Assembly: GCA_964490075.1 (NCBI GenBank)
Contig: CAZBBK010000003.1
Location: 124,001 to 182,789, forward strand
DNA length: 58,789 bases
Reading direction: 5' to 3'
From: an uncultured Gemmatimonadota bacterium
GTDB taxonomy: Bacteria > GCA-2686955
Part shown: one piece after another, positions 20,704-30,549 of the stretch
Numbering within the stretch: position 1 is the stretch's first letter
How the letters are laid out: every line of letters begins with the position of its first letter
Translations under genes and position numbers: made by a program
Notes under the pieces: generated by a model
What the model was told of the DNA's origin: nothing
What the model saw: the letters and a program-made list of their open reading frames with translations, nothing else
Database searches by the model: none

Positions 20704-22332
20704 TTGGCCAGCAACAAGACCAGCGATCGCGGCCGTTCCACCAAACGCCCCCCGCAGCGCAAGGCGCGCAACCAGCGTCAGGCCGCCGAGCCCGCCGCGC
20801 CTCCCGCGCATCGCCAGATCATCGTCAACGAGCGCCCCGAAGAGACCCGCATCGCGATCCTCGAGGATCATCGTCTGGTGGAGCTCCTGGTAGAGCGGGA
20901 GTCCGAGGAGCGGATCCTCGGCAACATCTACAAGGGCAAGGTCACCTCGGTGCTGCCGGGGATGCAGGCCGCCTTCATCGACATCGGGCTCGACAAGAAC
21001 GCCTTTCTGCACTTCTCCGACGTCTGCCCCTCGCTTCCCGATCCTGACACCGATTTCGGCGAAGAGGGGCCGGAGGTCCCGGAGCAGCCGCCGGAGTCGA
21101 TCTCCGATCTGCTCCAGAAGGGGCAGGAGATCGTCGTCCAGATCACCAAGGAGGCGATTCAGAGCAAGGGGCCGCGGGTCACCACCCACGTCAGCGTCGC
21201 CGGTCGCTGCCTGGTGCTGATGCCGGGTGTGGCCCAGGTCGGCGTCTCCAAGAAGATCGAGACCCGCGAAGAGAGAAGCCGCGTCAAGGCGATCCTGGAA
21301 GAGGTCGTGGAGATGGACGGCTTCGGGTTCATCGTGCGCACCGCGGCGCGTGGCAAGACCAAAGACGAGTTCGCAGCCGACGCGACGCACCTGACCAAGG
21401 TCTGGAAGCGGCTCTGCGCCGAAGCCGAGAAGCAATCCGCCCCCGCCTGCCTGCGGCGCGAGCTGACGCTGACCTCGGGTCTGGTGCGCGACTTCTTCAC
21501 CAGCGATGTCGACGCCCTGGTGGTCGACTCGACCGAACGTTTCGAGCGCATCGCCGCCTACCTGGAGGACTTCGCCCCGGATCTGCGCGGCAAGCTCGAG
21601 CACTACGACGCCGAGATTCCGATCTTCGACTGCTACGACGTCGAGCGCGAGCTCGAAGCCTCGCTGCAGCGCGAGGTGCCGCTGCCGCACGGGGGCTATA
21701 TCGGGATCGACCACACCGAGGCGCTGCTGGCGATCGATGTCAACACCGGGCGCTACACCGGCCGCCGCGACCCCGAAGAGACGATCCTGCGCACCAATCT
21801 CGATGCCGCCCGCGAGATCCCGCGCCAGCTGCGCCTGCGCGATATCGGCGGGATCATCGTGATCGATTTCATCGACATGGAGGCCGACGAGAACCGGCAG
21901 AAGGTGCTGCGCGAGCTGCGTGCCCACCTGCAGCGCGATCGTTCGCGCACCAAGACCCTCAAGGTGAGCGAGATCGGCCTGGTCGAGATGACCCGCAAGC
22001 GGGTCGGGCCTTCGCTCCTGCAGCGCTTCTCCGAGGTCTGTCCCTGCTGCGCGGGACAGGGTCGGCTGCTGTCACGCGAAACGGTCGCCCGGCGTGTCGA
22101 GCAGGCCTTGACCCGGGCGGCGGTCTACCTCTACGAGAGCGACCTGGCGCTCTGGGCCCATCCGCGCCTGATCGCCTACCTGAAGACCGAGCACAAGGCG
22201 TCGCTGCGTGATCTGCGCAAGCGCCGTGGGATCTCGCTCTCCTTCCACGGCTCGGAGAAGCTCGGACTGACCGACTACCAGGTGGTCTCGCGTGAGACCG
22301 GGCGCGATCTCACGGAGAAGATCTGGGCTTGA
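20704..22332 (+). CDS. rng: Ribonuclease G (Rne/Rng family)
   Basis: GNIYKGKV...AAFIDIG S1 domain, IDVNTG, LRDIGGIIVIDFIDM, EMTRKR, CPCC. Confidence 0.93.
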   Translation: MASNKTSDRGRSTKRPPQRKARNQRQAAEPAAPPAHRQIIVNERPEETRIAILEDHRLVELLVERESEERILGNIYKGKVTSVLPGMQAAFIDIGLDKNAFLHFSDVCPSLPDPDTDFGEEGPEVPEQPPESISDLLQKGQEIVVQITKEAIQSKGPRVTTHVSVAGRCLVLMPGVAQVGVSKKIETREERSRVKAILEEVVEMDGFGFIVRTAARGKTKDEFAADATHLTKVWKRLCAEAEKQSAPACLRRELTLTSGLVRDFFTSDVDALVVDSTERFERIAAYLEDFAPDLRGKLEHYDAEIPIFDCYDVERELEASLQREVPLPHGGYIGIDHTEALLAIDVNTGRYTGRRDPEETILRTNLDAAREIPRQLRLRDIGGIIVIDFIDMEADENRQKVLRELRAHLQRDRSRTKTLKVSEIGLVEMTRKRVGPSLLQRFSEVCPCCAGQGRLLSRETVARRVEQALTRAAVYLYESDLALWAHPRLIAYLKTEHKASLRDLRKRRGISLSFHGSEKLGLTDYQVVSRETGRDLTEKIWA

Positions 22333-24154
22333 GGGCCGCCTCCACGGACGCCGCCTCGCGCCGATAGATCACCAGATCGGCGCGCTGCTCGAAGCTGAGC
22401 CGGCCCGCGAGCCGATAGTGGTCGCGGAATTCCGCCCTCTCCATGGCCGGCCGCTCGAAGCCGCCGGCGGGCTCGTGGGTCACGAAGTAGTCGGGCCGAT
22501 GACGCTCGATCCAGGAGCCGAGATCGCCGGCGGCGACACAGGCCGCGTCCCGCGCCGAGAGGATCCCCAGGTAGTCGATCATCGGATTGGGGCAGTGGTA
22601 GCCGATGATGCCGATCTCCGCCGCCGCCACCGTGGCATCGGGTGCGGTGTTCCGGGTCAGCCACTCGCCGCAGAGTTGGTAGTCCGGGACGGCGCCCGGC
22701 GGCGCCGCCTGGCTAGACCGCGAGATCGACACGCCGCCGACGAAGAGCAGGATGCCGAGGATCGCGACCAGGGGACCGTGGTGGGCGGCTTCCCGCTCCT
22801 CACCGGCGCCGCGCGCGGCGAGGCGCGCGATCACCAGGCCGGCGAGCAGCGCCAGCAGCGGAAAAAGGAATGGGGGACCGGTGGGGTCGAGGGCACCGAT
22901 CAGCTCCCGGTAGCTCTGGTCGGCCTGCGGGTAGTAGTGCTCGGGAGGATGAGGATGGGGACGCAGCGGGTAGAGCGCCCGCACCAGGTGATGGCCCAGC
23001 GGCAGCGCCAAGGGCTCGACCAGGCGCCCCAGACCGCGCCCCAGCAGCACCCCGAGCGAGAGCAACGCCGCCCCGCCGGCCAGCAGCGCGCCGCCGCCGA
23101 GGCGGGCCAGAGCGCGCGCGATGGCCAGCGCGCCGAGCGTTGCGAGGAGCAGGAAACCGAGGTGGGTCAGCGGGTAGTACCAGTGGTAGTAGGGCACGCC
23201 GAGCAGCGAGTAGGCGAGGGTGTGGGTCGCCGTCCAGAGCGCGATCACGCTGAGGCCGTCGCCCAGGCGCTCGGGAAGGTGGCGGCGCGCGCCGCCCCCC
23301 AGGACCAGCGCGCCGGCCAGCGCGGCGCCGTAGTACAGGTAGCCCCAGACAGTGCGCAGCAGGTAGATCGAGAACCAGAAGCCGATGCCTTCCAGATAGC
23401 TGCGCCAGTGCCCCGAGTCCCCCTGCGCGGTCTTGGCGCCGAGCGTGGCCGGCAGCAGTGCGCCGAAGCGCAGCCAGGAGAAGGCCAGCCAGGGCGCCAG
23501 AATCGCCCCGAAGAGGAGCGCCGGAACCAGCAGCCGGCGCAGGCTTCGCCCCTCGCCGGCGCCGCGCAGCCAGTCGAGCGCCCAGAGCGCGGCGACGATT
23601 CCCACCAGCAGCACGCCGTCGGGGCGCGCCAGCACGTGCAGGGCCAGCAGCGCCGCGCAGATCCGGCGGGCGTCGCGCACGAAGGCGAGCACCGCCGAGA
23701 GCCCGAGCGCCAGGTGCAAGAGCGACTCGATCCCGAAGGTGGCGACCAGACCGGGGTGGGAGACCAGCAGCGCGGCGGCGATCAGGGCCAGCCAGCGGCG
23801 GTCGCTCTCGGCCACCCAGGCGCTCCGCGCGACGATGGCGGCGAAGGCGATGCCGGCCGCCGCCAGCGACACGCTGCCGAGCAGCCGCGCGGCCATCGGG
23901 ATGTCGTCGGTGGCGAAGGCCGCGAGCGCCAGCAACCAGGTGTGCAGGGGCGAGGTGGAGACGTCGACCAGATCGCCGGGGTTGTAGCAGTAGCCGATGC
24001 CGGCGTGTAGGTTGCGAACGTAGCGGTAGGTGATATAGGGGTCGTCGAAGAAGAGTCCCCGGGTCAGCCAGGCGACGATCGCGGCGCCCAGGATCGCCAG
24101 GCCGTAGCCGAGCATGAGCGGCGGCGCCGCGCACCGCGCCCCTCGCCCCCTCAT
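22310..24154 (-). CDS. Multi-TM GT-C-like glycosyltransferase
   Basis: DDPYITYRYVRN...YNPG...STSPL, GIES, RPDG, P-x-T-x-x-AK, EIGIIGY...D.LG; ATGA overlap with the kinase stop. Confidence 0.65.
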   Translation of the reverse strand: MRGRGARCAAPPLMLGYGLAILGAAIVAWLTRGLFFDDPYITYRYVRNLHAGIGYCYNPGDLVDVSTSPLHTWLLALAAFATDDIPMAARLLGSVSLAAAGIAFAAIVARSAWVAESDRRWLALIAAALLVSHPGLVATFGIESLLHLALGLSAVLAFVRDARRICAALLALHVLARPDGVLLVGIVAALWALDWLRGAGEGRSLRRLLVPALLFGAILAPWLAFSWLRFGALLPATLGAKTAQGDSGHWRSYLEGIGFWFSIYLLRTVWGYLYYGAALAGALVLGGGARRHLPERLGDGLSVIALWTATHTLAYSLLGVPYYHWYYPLTHLGFLLLATLGALAIARALARLGGGALLAGGAALLSLGVLLGRGLGRLVEPLALPLGHHLVRALYPLRPHPHPPEHYYPQADQSYRELIGALDPTGPPFLFPLLALLAGLVIARLAARGAGEEREAAHHGPLVAILGILLFVGGVSISRSSQAAPPGAVPDYQLCGEWLTRNTAPDATVAAAEIGIIGYHCPNPMIDYLGILSARDAACVAAGDLGSWIERHRPDYFVTHEPAGGFERPAMERAEFRDHYRLAGRLSFEQRADLVIYRREAASVEAALKPRSSP

Positions 24155-24798
24155 CGCGTCGGATCGAAGCGCGCGACCCGGCGCAGGAAGTCGTGGTCGA
24201 GGTGCTCCTCCTGGATGACCTTGGCCATCTCCTCGGCGCCGCGAAAGCGGTCGTAGTCGACCTGGATCAGCGGCACGACGCGCGAGATCTCGGCGACGAA
24301 ATCCTGGTAGTGGCGATAGAGCGCCCGCAGATAGTCGAGCGTGATCCCCGACTCGACCCCGCGCTCGCGGGCTTCGATTCGCTGCAGCGATCGTTCCGGC
24401 GTGACATCGAGGTAGACGATCAGATTCGGCTTGCACATGAAGTTGCTCATATGCCGGAAGAGCTCGAGGTAGGTGCGGTAGTCGCGCTCCTCCATCAGGC
24501 CCAGTCCCACCAGGGTCTTGGCGAAGATCGAGTCCTCGTAGATGGTGCGATCCTGGATCGCCGGCCGGCCGCGCCAGATGATCTCCTGGTGCTGCTGGAA
24601 GCGACGATTGAGCAGGTAGATCTGAGTCGAAAAGGCATAGCGCGCGGTGTCGCGGTAGAAGTCCTCCAGGTACTCGTTGTCCTGGACCGGCTCGTAGTAG
24701 ACGTCGATGCCCAGGTGCTCGCCGAGGGCGGTCGCCAGAGTCGACTTCCCCGCGCCGATCATGCCGGCGATGCCGATGAAGATCCGTTCGAGGGTCAT
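24151..24798 (-). CDS. Deoxynucleoside kinase
   Basis: GMIGAGKST P-loop, YLEDFY, QDRTIYED, RGVE lid. Confidence 0.92.
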   Translation of the reverse strand: MTLERIFIGIAGMIGAGKSTLATALGEHLGIDVYYEPVQDNEYLEDFYRDTARYAFSTQIYLLNRRFQQHQEIIWRGRPAIQDRTIYEDSIFAKTLVGLGLMEERDYRTYLELFRHMSNFMCKPNLIVYLDVTPERSLQRIEARERGVESGITLDYLRALYRHYQDFVAEISRVVPLIQVDYDRFRGAEEMAKVIQEEHLDHDFLRRVARFDPTR

Positions 24799-24819
24799 GG
24801 GGGCTCTCCGATTCGGTGG

Positions 24820-24849
24820 ACGGTAGGGTTGGGGACGGGGAGGCGTCAA
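24820..24849 (-). promoter_or_regulatory. Putative sigma70 promoter of the deoxynucleoside kinase operon
   Basis: TTGACG-N18-TACCGT on the minus strand, upstream of SD GGAG and ATG 24798. Confidence 0.45.
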
Positions 24850-26159
24850 GCGGCGCGCGGCCCTGCTCGCCGGAGCCTCGTTCGACCAGGGTTACACTCG
24901 TGCGATATATCGAGCCCCCCCCGGAGGCCAAGGCCAAGACCCAGTATTGGAGACTCGCCTTGACCAGCCTCCTCATCCTGTCCGCCGCCCTCGCACTCGC
25001 CGCTCCAGGCGATCTGATCATCTGCGATTCCACCGGCTCCGAGCCGGCGCAGAACACCCCGTGGACGAAGACCTCCTATCTCGCGGCGGATCTCTCGTTC
25101 TCCGGCTGGGAGCGTGGTTCCGGCGCCCTTGCCGGCTCCGGCCACGACAACGCCTTCGGCGTGTTCGTCTCCCACCACACGCCGATGAGCACCTTGGCCG
25201 AGGCGATCGCCGACGGGGAGTACATCTCCTTCACCCTGGAGGCGACGGCCGATAGCCTGGATCTCGGTGGGAAGAAGATCGCCTTCTCGAGCCAGCGCTT
25301 CGACTGGCGCTCGCCGCTGCGCTTCGCCTGCTTTTCGAGCGTCGACGGCTTCGCCGAAGGGGACGAGATCTTCGCCACCGAGTCGCTCTCGCAGGGCAAC
25401 TACGATGTCGTGCAGAACGAGTTCATCTTCCCCTTGGAGGGGTACGACGGAATCGCGGGCCCGGTGGAGCTGCGCTTCTACATCTTCGAAGCGGAGTACT
25501 GGGGGAATGTGATTGCGCTCAACAGCTTCTCCATCGTCGATCCCGGCCCGATCTACGAGCTCAGGCTCGACTCGACCGAGGGCGGCGAGGCGCATACCAA
25601 CCCGCCGGGCACCGTCTTCGAAGCGGGCACCGCCATCCAGCTCGTCGCCTTGCCCGACTCCGGGCACCATTTCGAAGGTTGGTCGGGTGACCTGAACGGA
25701 CTCGGCAACCCACGCACCATCACCATCGACAGCGATCTGACGATTTCCGGGGACTTCGCCCCCGATCCCGCCCCCAACCTGCGGATCGGAACCAACTCCG
25801 CCTGGGTCGAGGACTGGTCCAGCGCGTGGGTCTTCGTCGACGTGTTCAAGATGACCCGGTCGTGGCTGACGCGGAGCGTGGGTGGATGGGAGTGGGAAAA
25901 CTACAAAGAGGACGAGATGGCCGTCGACTCGGAGGGGTGGCCGCTGCAGCTGCCCTTCTACGCCCCGAGTGACGGGAACGATCACTATGCGCACACCATG
26001 ATGCCCGCGCCCGTGGCCGGCGACTACACGGTCATCCTGGAGGGAGCGGGCAAAATCCAGTTCTCGGGTGCCGCGGACACCTCGGTCCTCTCGCCGGCGG
26101 GAGGTGGAGAGACGACCTACACGATCCACGTCCCCGACGCCGACGGTGGGGCGCTCTTC

Positions 26160-26249
26160 CTGGCGTTTCGATATAGCGCTTCTCGAGCGACGCACCCCGC
26201 GGTTCCTCGCGGGGTGCGTCGCTCGAGAAGCGCTATATCGAAACGCCAG
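26160..26249. repeat. Perfect 42-bp inverted repeat with a 6-nt loop (MITE-like family A)
   Basis: CTGGCGTTTCGATATAGCGCTTCTCGAGCGACGCACCCCGCG-gttcct-reverse complement; termini recur at 45603-45763. Confidence 0.9.
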
Positions 26250-26267
26250 ATCCTGTCGCCCTCACTG

Positions 26268-26296
26268 TTGACCCCACTGCGCCATCGGTCTAGACT
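26268..26296 (+). promoter_or_regulatory. Putative sigma70 promoter of rplU-rpmA
   Basis: TTGACC-N17-TAGACT. Confidence 0.6.
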
Positions 26297-26386
26297 CACG
26301 CTCTTTGCTTGCCCAGAAACAGGCGCAACGATCCTCGCGAAACCCGCGCCCGGGCAGCCAGCCCCAATGAACCGGGAGTCAGACCT

Positions 26387-26701
26387 GTGAGCTACGCAAT
26401 CGTGCGCAGCGGCGGAAAGCAGTTTCGGGCCGAGCCGGAGGCCCGGATCCGGGTGCCGCGGCTCGGCGCCGGCGAGGGCGACGAGATCGTGATCGAGGAC
26501 GTGCTGTTCTATGCATCGGAAGACGAGCGACGCATCGGCACGCCCAAGGTCGAGGGCGTGACGGTGCGCGCGAAGGTGCTCAGCCACGGACTGGGCAAAA
26601 AGGTCATGGTCAAGAAGTTCAAGCGGCGCAAGAACTACCAGAGAACGCGCGGGCACCGGCAGCCCTTCACGCTGATCGAAGTGACCGGAATCGACGCCTA
26701 G
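26387..26701 (+). CDS. rplU: 50S ribosomal protein L21
   Basis: [11 protein letters not shown]...KFKRRKNY...GHRQPFT; GTG start after SD GGAG. Confidence 0.96.
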   Translation: MSYAIVRSGGKQFRAEPEARIRVPRLGAGEGDEIVIEDVLFYASEDERRIGTPKVEGVTVRAKVLSHGLGKKVMVKKFKRRKNYQRTRGHRQPFTLIEVTGIDA

Positions 26702-26724
26702 AGCATCGGAAGGACGAGCGAGAA

Positions 26725-26994
26725 ATGGCACACAAGAAAGGCGTCGGAAGCTCGAAGAACGGGCGCGACTCGAATGCCCAGTACCGAGGCATCAAGGCCT
26801 ACGGCGGCGAGCAGGTGAGCGCCGGCTCGATCATCGTGCGCCAATGCGGCACCAAGTTCCACCCCGGCACCAACGTCGGCATGGGGCGCGACTACACGAT
26901 CTTCGCGCTGATCGACGGCTATGTCGCCTTCGAGCGGGTCGGGCGCTCGCGCAAGAAGATCAGCGTCTACGAGGCGCGGCCCGAGCCCGCTTGA
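26725..26994 (+). CDS. rpmA: 50S ribosomal protein L27
   Basis: [16 protein letters not shown]...GSIIVRQ.GT. Confidence 0.98.
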   Translation: MAHKKGVGSSKNGRDSNAQYRGIKAYGGEQVSAGSIIVRQCGTKFHPGTNVGMGRDYTIFALIDGYVAFERVGRSRKKISVYEARPEPA

Positions 26995-27022
26995 GCGAAC
27001 CCGACTGGGGGAAGCCGGCGCG

Positions 27023-28099
27023 ATGACCATGCCGCTGCCGCGCGCCGCCTTTCTCCTGCGCTACGACAGCTTCGTGCGCAACCACGTGCCGGTGGCCCAG
27101 CGCTGGCGGGAGCGCGGCGGTGAGGCGCGACTCTGGGTCGTCGACGACCCGCTCAAGCCCTGGATCACCCGCGAGGTGGAGGGGATGCTGGCGGGCGAAG
27201 CCTGGCGACGCAGCCACCCCTTGCGCCTCGCATCGCGGGTGGCCGAGTGGCGCCCCAACGTGGTCTTCGCCGGTTTGATCCTGCGCCGCGGCACAGCCCG
27301 CATGCTCGCGCGCTTGCGCCGGCTGCGTCCCGGCGCGCTCTTCGTGGGCGGCTACATCGGTGCCATGCTCGACAACCGTCCCAGGGGCTTCGTCAAGGGA
27401 GTGCAGCGCCGCGCTCGTCTCTGCGACCTGATCTGGACGCCGGGCCCACGCGGCCGCGACGCGGTGCTGGCCACCGGTCTGGTGCCGCCCGGGGTCGATG
27501 TCGAGGCGACCGGTCTGCCCTCCTTCGATCAGCTGGCGCGGCGCTTCGCCGCGCAGCCGCCGGAGCCCCGCGGCGACATCCTCTTTCTGGGGCAGCCGAC
27601 CTATCCCAAGGGGCGCGCGGAGCGCCTCGATCTGCTGCGTCGGCTGGCCGCCCTGGCGCGCGCTCGGCCGTGCGATTCCGTGCTGCTGAAGCCGCGCTTC
27701 CAGGGCGCCACCCACCACGCCCACCGGCCCCGGCACCACTACGGCGAGCTGCTCGCCGGCCTGCGCAACCGTCCGCCCAACCTGGAGATCACCCACCGGC
27801 CGATCCCCGATCTATGTGGCGGCGCGACCATGGCGCTCACCTTGAGCTCCACCGGCGGCATCGAGACCATGCTGGCCGGTGTTCCGACCTACTTTCTCGA
27901 CGACTGGTGCGCCGGGAGCAATCGCTACGGCAGCGACTATTTTCGCGACTCGGCCGGGGTGGTCTCGATCGAGCGCTTGATCGCGGGCGAGCGCCCGCCG
28001 GTGCGCCTCGACTGGGCGCGCGAGGTGTTCACCTGCGATGGCCACAACGCCGAGCGCCTGGTGGAGCGAGTGGCGGAGCGATGGTCGACGCGGACGTGA
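27023..28099 (+). CDS. Putative GT-B glycosyltransferase (DUF6716-like)
   Basis: YDSF N-terminus, ATGLP, FLGQPTYP, LLKPR, LTLSSTGGIE..LAGVP; adjacent to nonulosonate genes. Confidence 0.55.
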   Translation: MTMPLPRAAFLLRYDSFVRNHVPVAQRWRERGGEARLWVVDDPLKPWITREVEGMLAGEAWRRSHPLRLASRVAEWRPNVVFAGLILRRGTARMLARLRRLRPGALFVGGYIGAMLDNRPRGFVKGVQRRARLCDLIWTPGPRGRDAVLATGLVPPGVDVEATGLPSFDQLARRFAAQPPEPRGDILFLGQPTYPKGRAERLDLLRRLAALARARPCDSVLLKPRFQGATHHAHRPRHHYGELLAGLRNRPPNLEITHRPIPDLCGGATMALTLSSTGGIETMLAGVPTYFLDDWCAGSNRYGSDYFRDSAGVVSIERLIAGERPPVRLDWAREVFTCDGHNAERLVERVAERWSTRT

Positions 28100-28701
28100 G
28101 CGGGGGCGGCGCGATCCTGGTCATCGGCAACGGCCCCTCGGCGAGCCGTGCTGAGCTCGGTGCGCAGATCGACCGCTTTCCGGTGGTGGGCCGCATCAAC
28201 AACTACGCCACCGAGGGATTCGAGACTCGGGTCGGCCGCTGCACCGACATCTGGTTCAACGGCGCCAACCAGGGGCTGATGCGGCGACGCCAGCCGCCGC
28301 CGCGCATCGTCGTGCTGATCCCCTCCGCGGTGCAGCGACACAAGGGCGCGGCCTTGCGACCGCGTGTTCGACGGCGACTCGGGGTGGCGGAGGGCGGTTA
28401 CGAGCTGGTGGCGCTCGGCGAGATCGAGAGCTACGAGGGCACCCTCGGTGTGGATCGGGTCACCACCGGAACGATGGCTCTCCTGTGGGCGCTGCGGCGC
28501 TTCGACGAAGTCCACATCCACGGCTTCGATTTCTTCCAGGGCTCGCGCGCCCACTACCACGACTCGCGCGTCAAGCGCTGGTGGGTCGACGCGGTGCACT
28601 CCAGGCGCGGGCGCCGCCACGACAACGAGGCGGAGCGGCGGCATGTCGCGGGGTTGCGCGACGCCGGTAGGATCTCGCTCTTGGAGCGGCCGCGGGGTTG
28701 A
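28096..28701 (+). CDS. GT29-family (animal-type) sialyl/nonulosonyl-transferase-like protein; alternative start at 28081
   Basis: Sialylmotif L (VIGNGPS...LGAQID...GRINN...GFETRVG..TD), motif S (TTG..AL..AL...DEVHIHGF), motif III (HYHD), VS (HDNEAE). Confidence 0.78.
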   Translation: MSGGGAILVIGNGPSASRAELGAQIDRFPVVGRINNYATEGFETRVGRCTDIWFNGANQGLMRRRQPPPRIVVLIPSAVQRHKGAALRPRVRRRLGVAEGGYELVALGEIESYEGTLGVDRVTTGTMALLWALRRFDEVHIHGFDFFQGSRAHYHDSRVKRWWVDAVHSRRGRRHDNEAERRHVAGLRDAGRISLLERPRG

Positions 28702-30012
28702 TCAGCGCTCGCCGAAGAGCGTCCGCACCACCCGGTCGGCCGCCCCCAGACGCCCCTCTACGTAGCCCAGGGCGGCGTCGCGCAGGGGATCGAGGCGGGC
28801 GGCGTCGCAGCTCAAGTCGAGCAGGTCGGCGGCACCGGCGGCGCCATCGATCGGCACCGCGATGCCGGATTCGCGTAGGTCGAGCGCCTCGTCCAGAATC
28901 TCCGCCCGCGGGCCGAACGCGACCGCGCAGCGCTGCGCGGCCGGCTCGATCACCGAGTGCACGCCGGCGCCAAAACCACCGCCGACGTAGGCCAGGCAGC
29001 CGTGGGCGTAGAGCTCGGGCAGGATCCCCACGCTGTCGACCAGGATCACCGGCTGGCCGGCGTAGCGCGCCCCCTCGCTCAGGCGCCAGGTCGGCAGCGA
29101 GAGCTCGCGGTAGCGTCGCTCGACGCGCCGCAAGGTCGCCGGGTCGACCTCGTGTGGGACGTGCAGCAAGCGCAGCTTCCTCGCCTCGAGCGCCGCGCCG
29201 CCACTCCGCCCCAGGGCCTGGCGCCAGCCGGCGAAGAGCACCCGCTCGTCGCTCTCCAGCACGCTGCCGAGCACCAGCACCCGGTGCCCTGCGAGAAAGG
29301 CGCCGGGCAGGGTGGGTGGGCGCTCGGCACCGGCGCTGCTCCGCGCCCGCTCCCAGACCTGGTCGAAGCGGGTGTCGCCGGTGACCTCGATGCGCACTGG
29401 ATCGACCACCCGCGTGAGGCGCGCGCGCAGCCGCTCCGATCCGGTCAGCACCGAATCGACCAGCGAGAAGAGCGCCCGCGTCGCCGGCCGCGCCCAGGGG
29501 CGCAAGCGCAGCGAGCGGACGTGCAGGTTGGCGTTGATCAGCACCGTGCGGGCGCCGGTGGCGCGCGCCGCCGCCAGGTGGTTGGGCCACAGATCGTGGC
29601 GCGTGATGACAAAATCGGCGCAGCGCAGGTGGCGGAAAAAGGTCCGCGCCTCGCGCCGGAAGTCGATCGGCAGATAGCAGCTGGCGTCGGCCAGGTCGCC
29701 CGCCGCGGCCGCGTCGTAGACGGTCGGCGAGAAGACGCTCAGCACCACCACCAGGCGCGCCCGATCGACCCTCCGCAGCACCGGCTTCAGCTGCTCCAGC
29801 TCTCCCGCCGAGGCGGCGTGGAAGAGCACCACCCGCTGGCGCTCACCACGCAGCCGCTGCACCCGCTCGAGCGCTGCCGCGATCGATGCTTCCGCATCGC
29901 GTGCACGGCGCACCAGCTTGTCGCTGAAGTGCGGCGCCAAACCCAGGGCCAGCCGCGCCCCCGGCAGCAGCGCGTTGTAGGCACCGAGCCAGGCTCGCGC
30001 CGCCGGGTCCAT
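28702..30012 (-). CDS. waaA: Kdo transferase family (GT30, WaaA/KdtA)
   Basis: FHAASAGE, YLPID, DLWPN, GDTRFD, VDSVGILPELY, VGGGFGAGVHSVIEPAA. Confidence 0.88.
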   Translation of the reverse strand: MDPAARAWLGAYNALLPGARLALGLAPHFSDKLVRRARDAEASIAAALERVQRLRGERQRVVLFHAASAGELEQLKPVLRRVDRARLVVVLSVFSPTVYDAAAAGDLADASCYLPIDFRREARTFFRHLRCADFVITRHDLWPNHLAAARATGARTVLINANLHVRSLRLRPWARPATRALFSLVDSVLTGSERLRARLTRVVDPVRIEVTGDTRFDQVWERARSSAGAERPPTLPGAFLAGHRVLVLGSVLESDERVLFAGWRQALGRSGGAALEARKLRLLHVPHEVDPATLRRVERRYRELSLPTWRLSEGARYAGQPVILVDSVGILPELYAHGCLAYVGGGFGAGVHSVIEPAAQRCAVAFGPRAEILDEALDLRESGIAVPIDGAAGAADLLDLSCDAARLDPLRDAALGYVEGRLGAADRVVRTLFGER

Positions 30013-30015
30013 GGC

Positions 30016-30549
30016 CTAGAGAGCCGGTGGCTCGGCTCGGGCGTCGAGAATCAGCTCGGCCAGCTCCCGAAAGGCCCCCTCGCCGCCGCGCCGGCTCACC
30101 ACCAGGTCGACCTCGATCCGGCCCACGATCGGGCTCTGCGGCGCCAGCGCGGAGAGGCCCACGGCGGCCAGCAGCGCCGCGTCGTTCAGGTCGTCGCCGA
30201 TGTAGGCCACCCGGTCGAGCTCGAGCCCGTGCTCCCGGGCGATCCGGGTCATCGTCGCCAGCTTGTCGGCTACGCCCAGGTGCAGCTCCTCGATCCCCAG
30301 CTTCTCGGCCCGGCGCGCCACGATCGGCGTCTCTTCCGAAGTCAGGATCGCGGTCGGAATGCCCGCCGCCCGCAGCCGCGCGACCCCCATGCCGTCGTAG
30401 GTAGAGAATCCCTTCATCACTTCGCCCGCGGGCCCGTAGAACATGCGCGCGTCGGTCCATACCCCGTCGATGTCGGTGCCCACCAGGGCGATGCGCCGCG
30501 CCTTGGCGCGCAGCCCCGAATCGGCCCGCGGTGTCTCGCCCTCGCTCAC
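30016..30549 (-). CDS. HAD C0 phosphatase, KdsC/KDN-9-P phosphatase family
   Basis: DIDGVWTD, F...DGMG, YIGDDLND, GGEGAFRE; GTGA overlap with neuB. Confidence 0.88.
   Translation of the reverse strand: MSEGETPRADSGLRAKARRIALVGTDIDGVWTDARMFYGPAGEVMKGFSTYDGMGVARLRAAGIPTAILTSEETPIVARRAEKLGIEELHLGVADKLATMTRIAREHGLELDRVAYIGDDLNDAALLAAVGLSALAPQSPIVGRIEVDLVVSRRGGEGAFRELAELILDARAEPPAL

Larger units (their letters stand above)
24900..26390 (+). pseudogene. Secreted protein (InlB-B-like repeat + carbohydrate-active-like domain), truncated at ~26160 by a palindromic element
   Basis: Signal peptide; ALPDSGHHFEGWSGDL repeat; IGTN..WVEDWSSAWVFVDVFKMTRSW domain start; sequence after 26160 reads through a perfect hairpin and the rplU promoter. 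Confidence 0.6.

Noticed and set aside
22310-25057. 915-aa ORF that seems to span the kinase and the membrane GT
   Set aside because: The upstream part is an off-frame read of the deoxynucleoside kinase gene; the true CDS starts at ~24154
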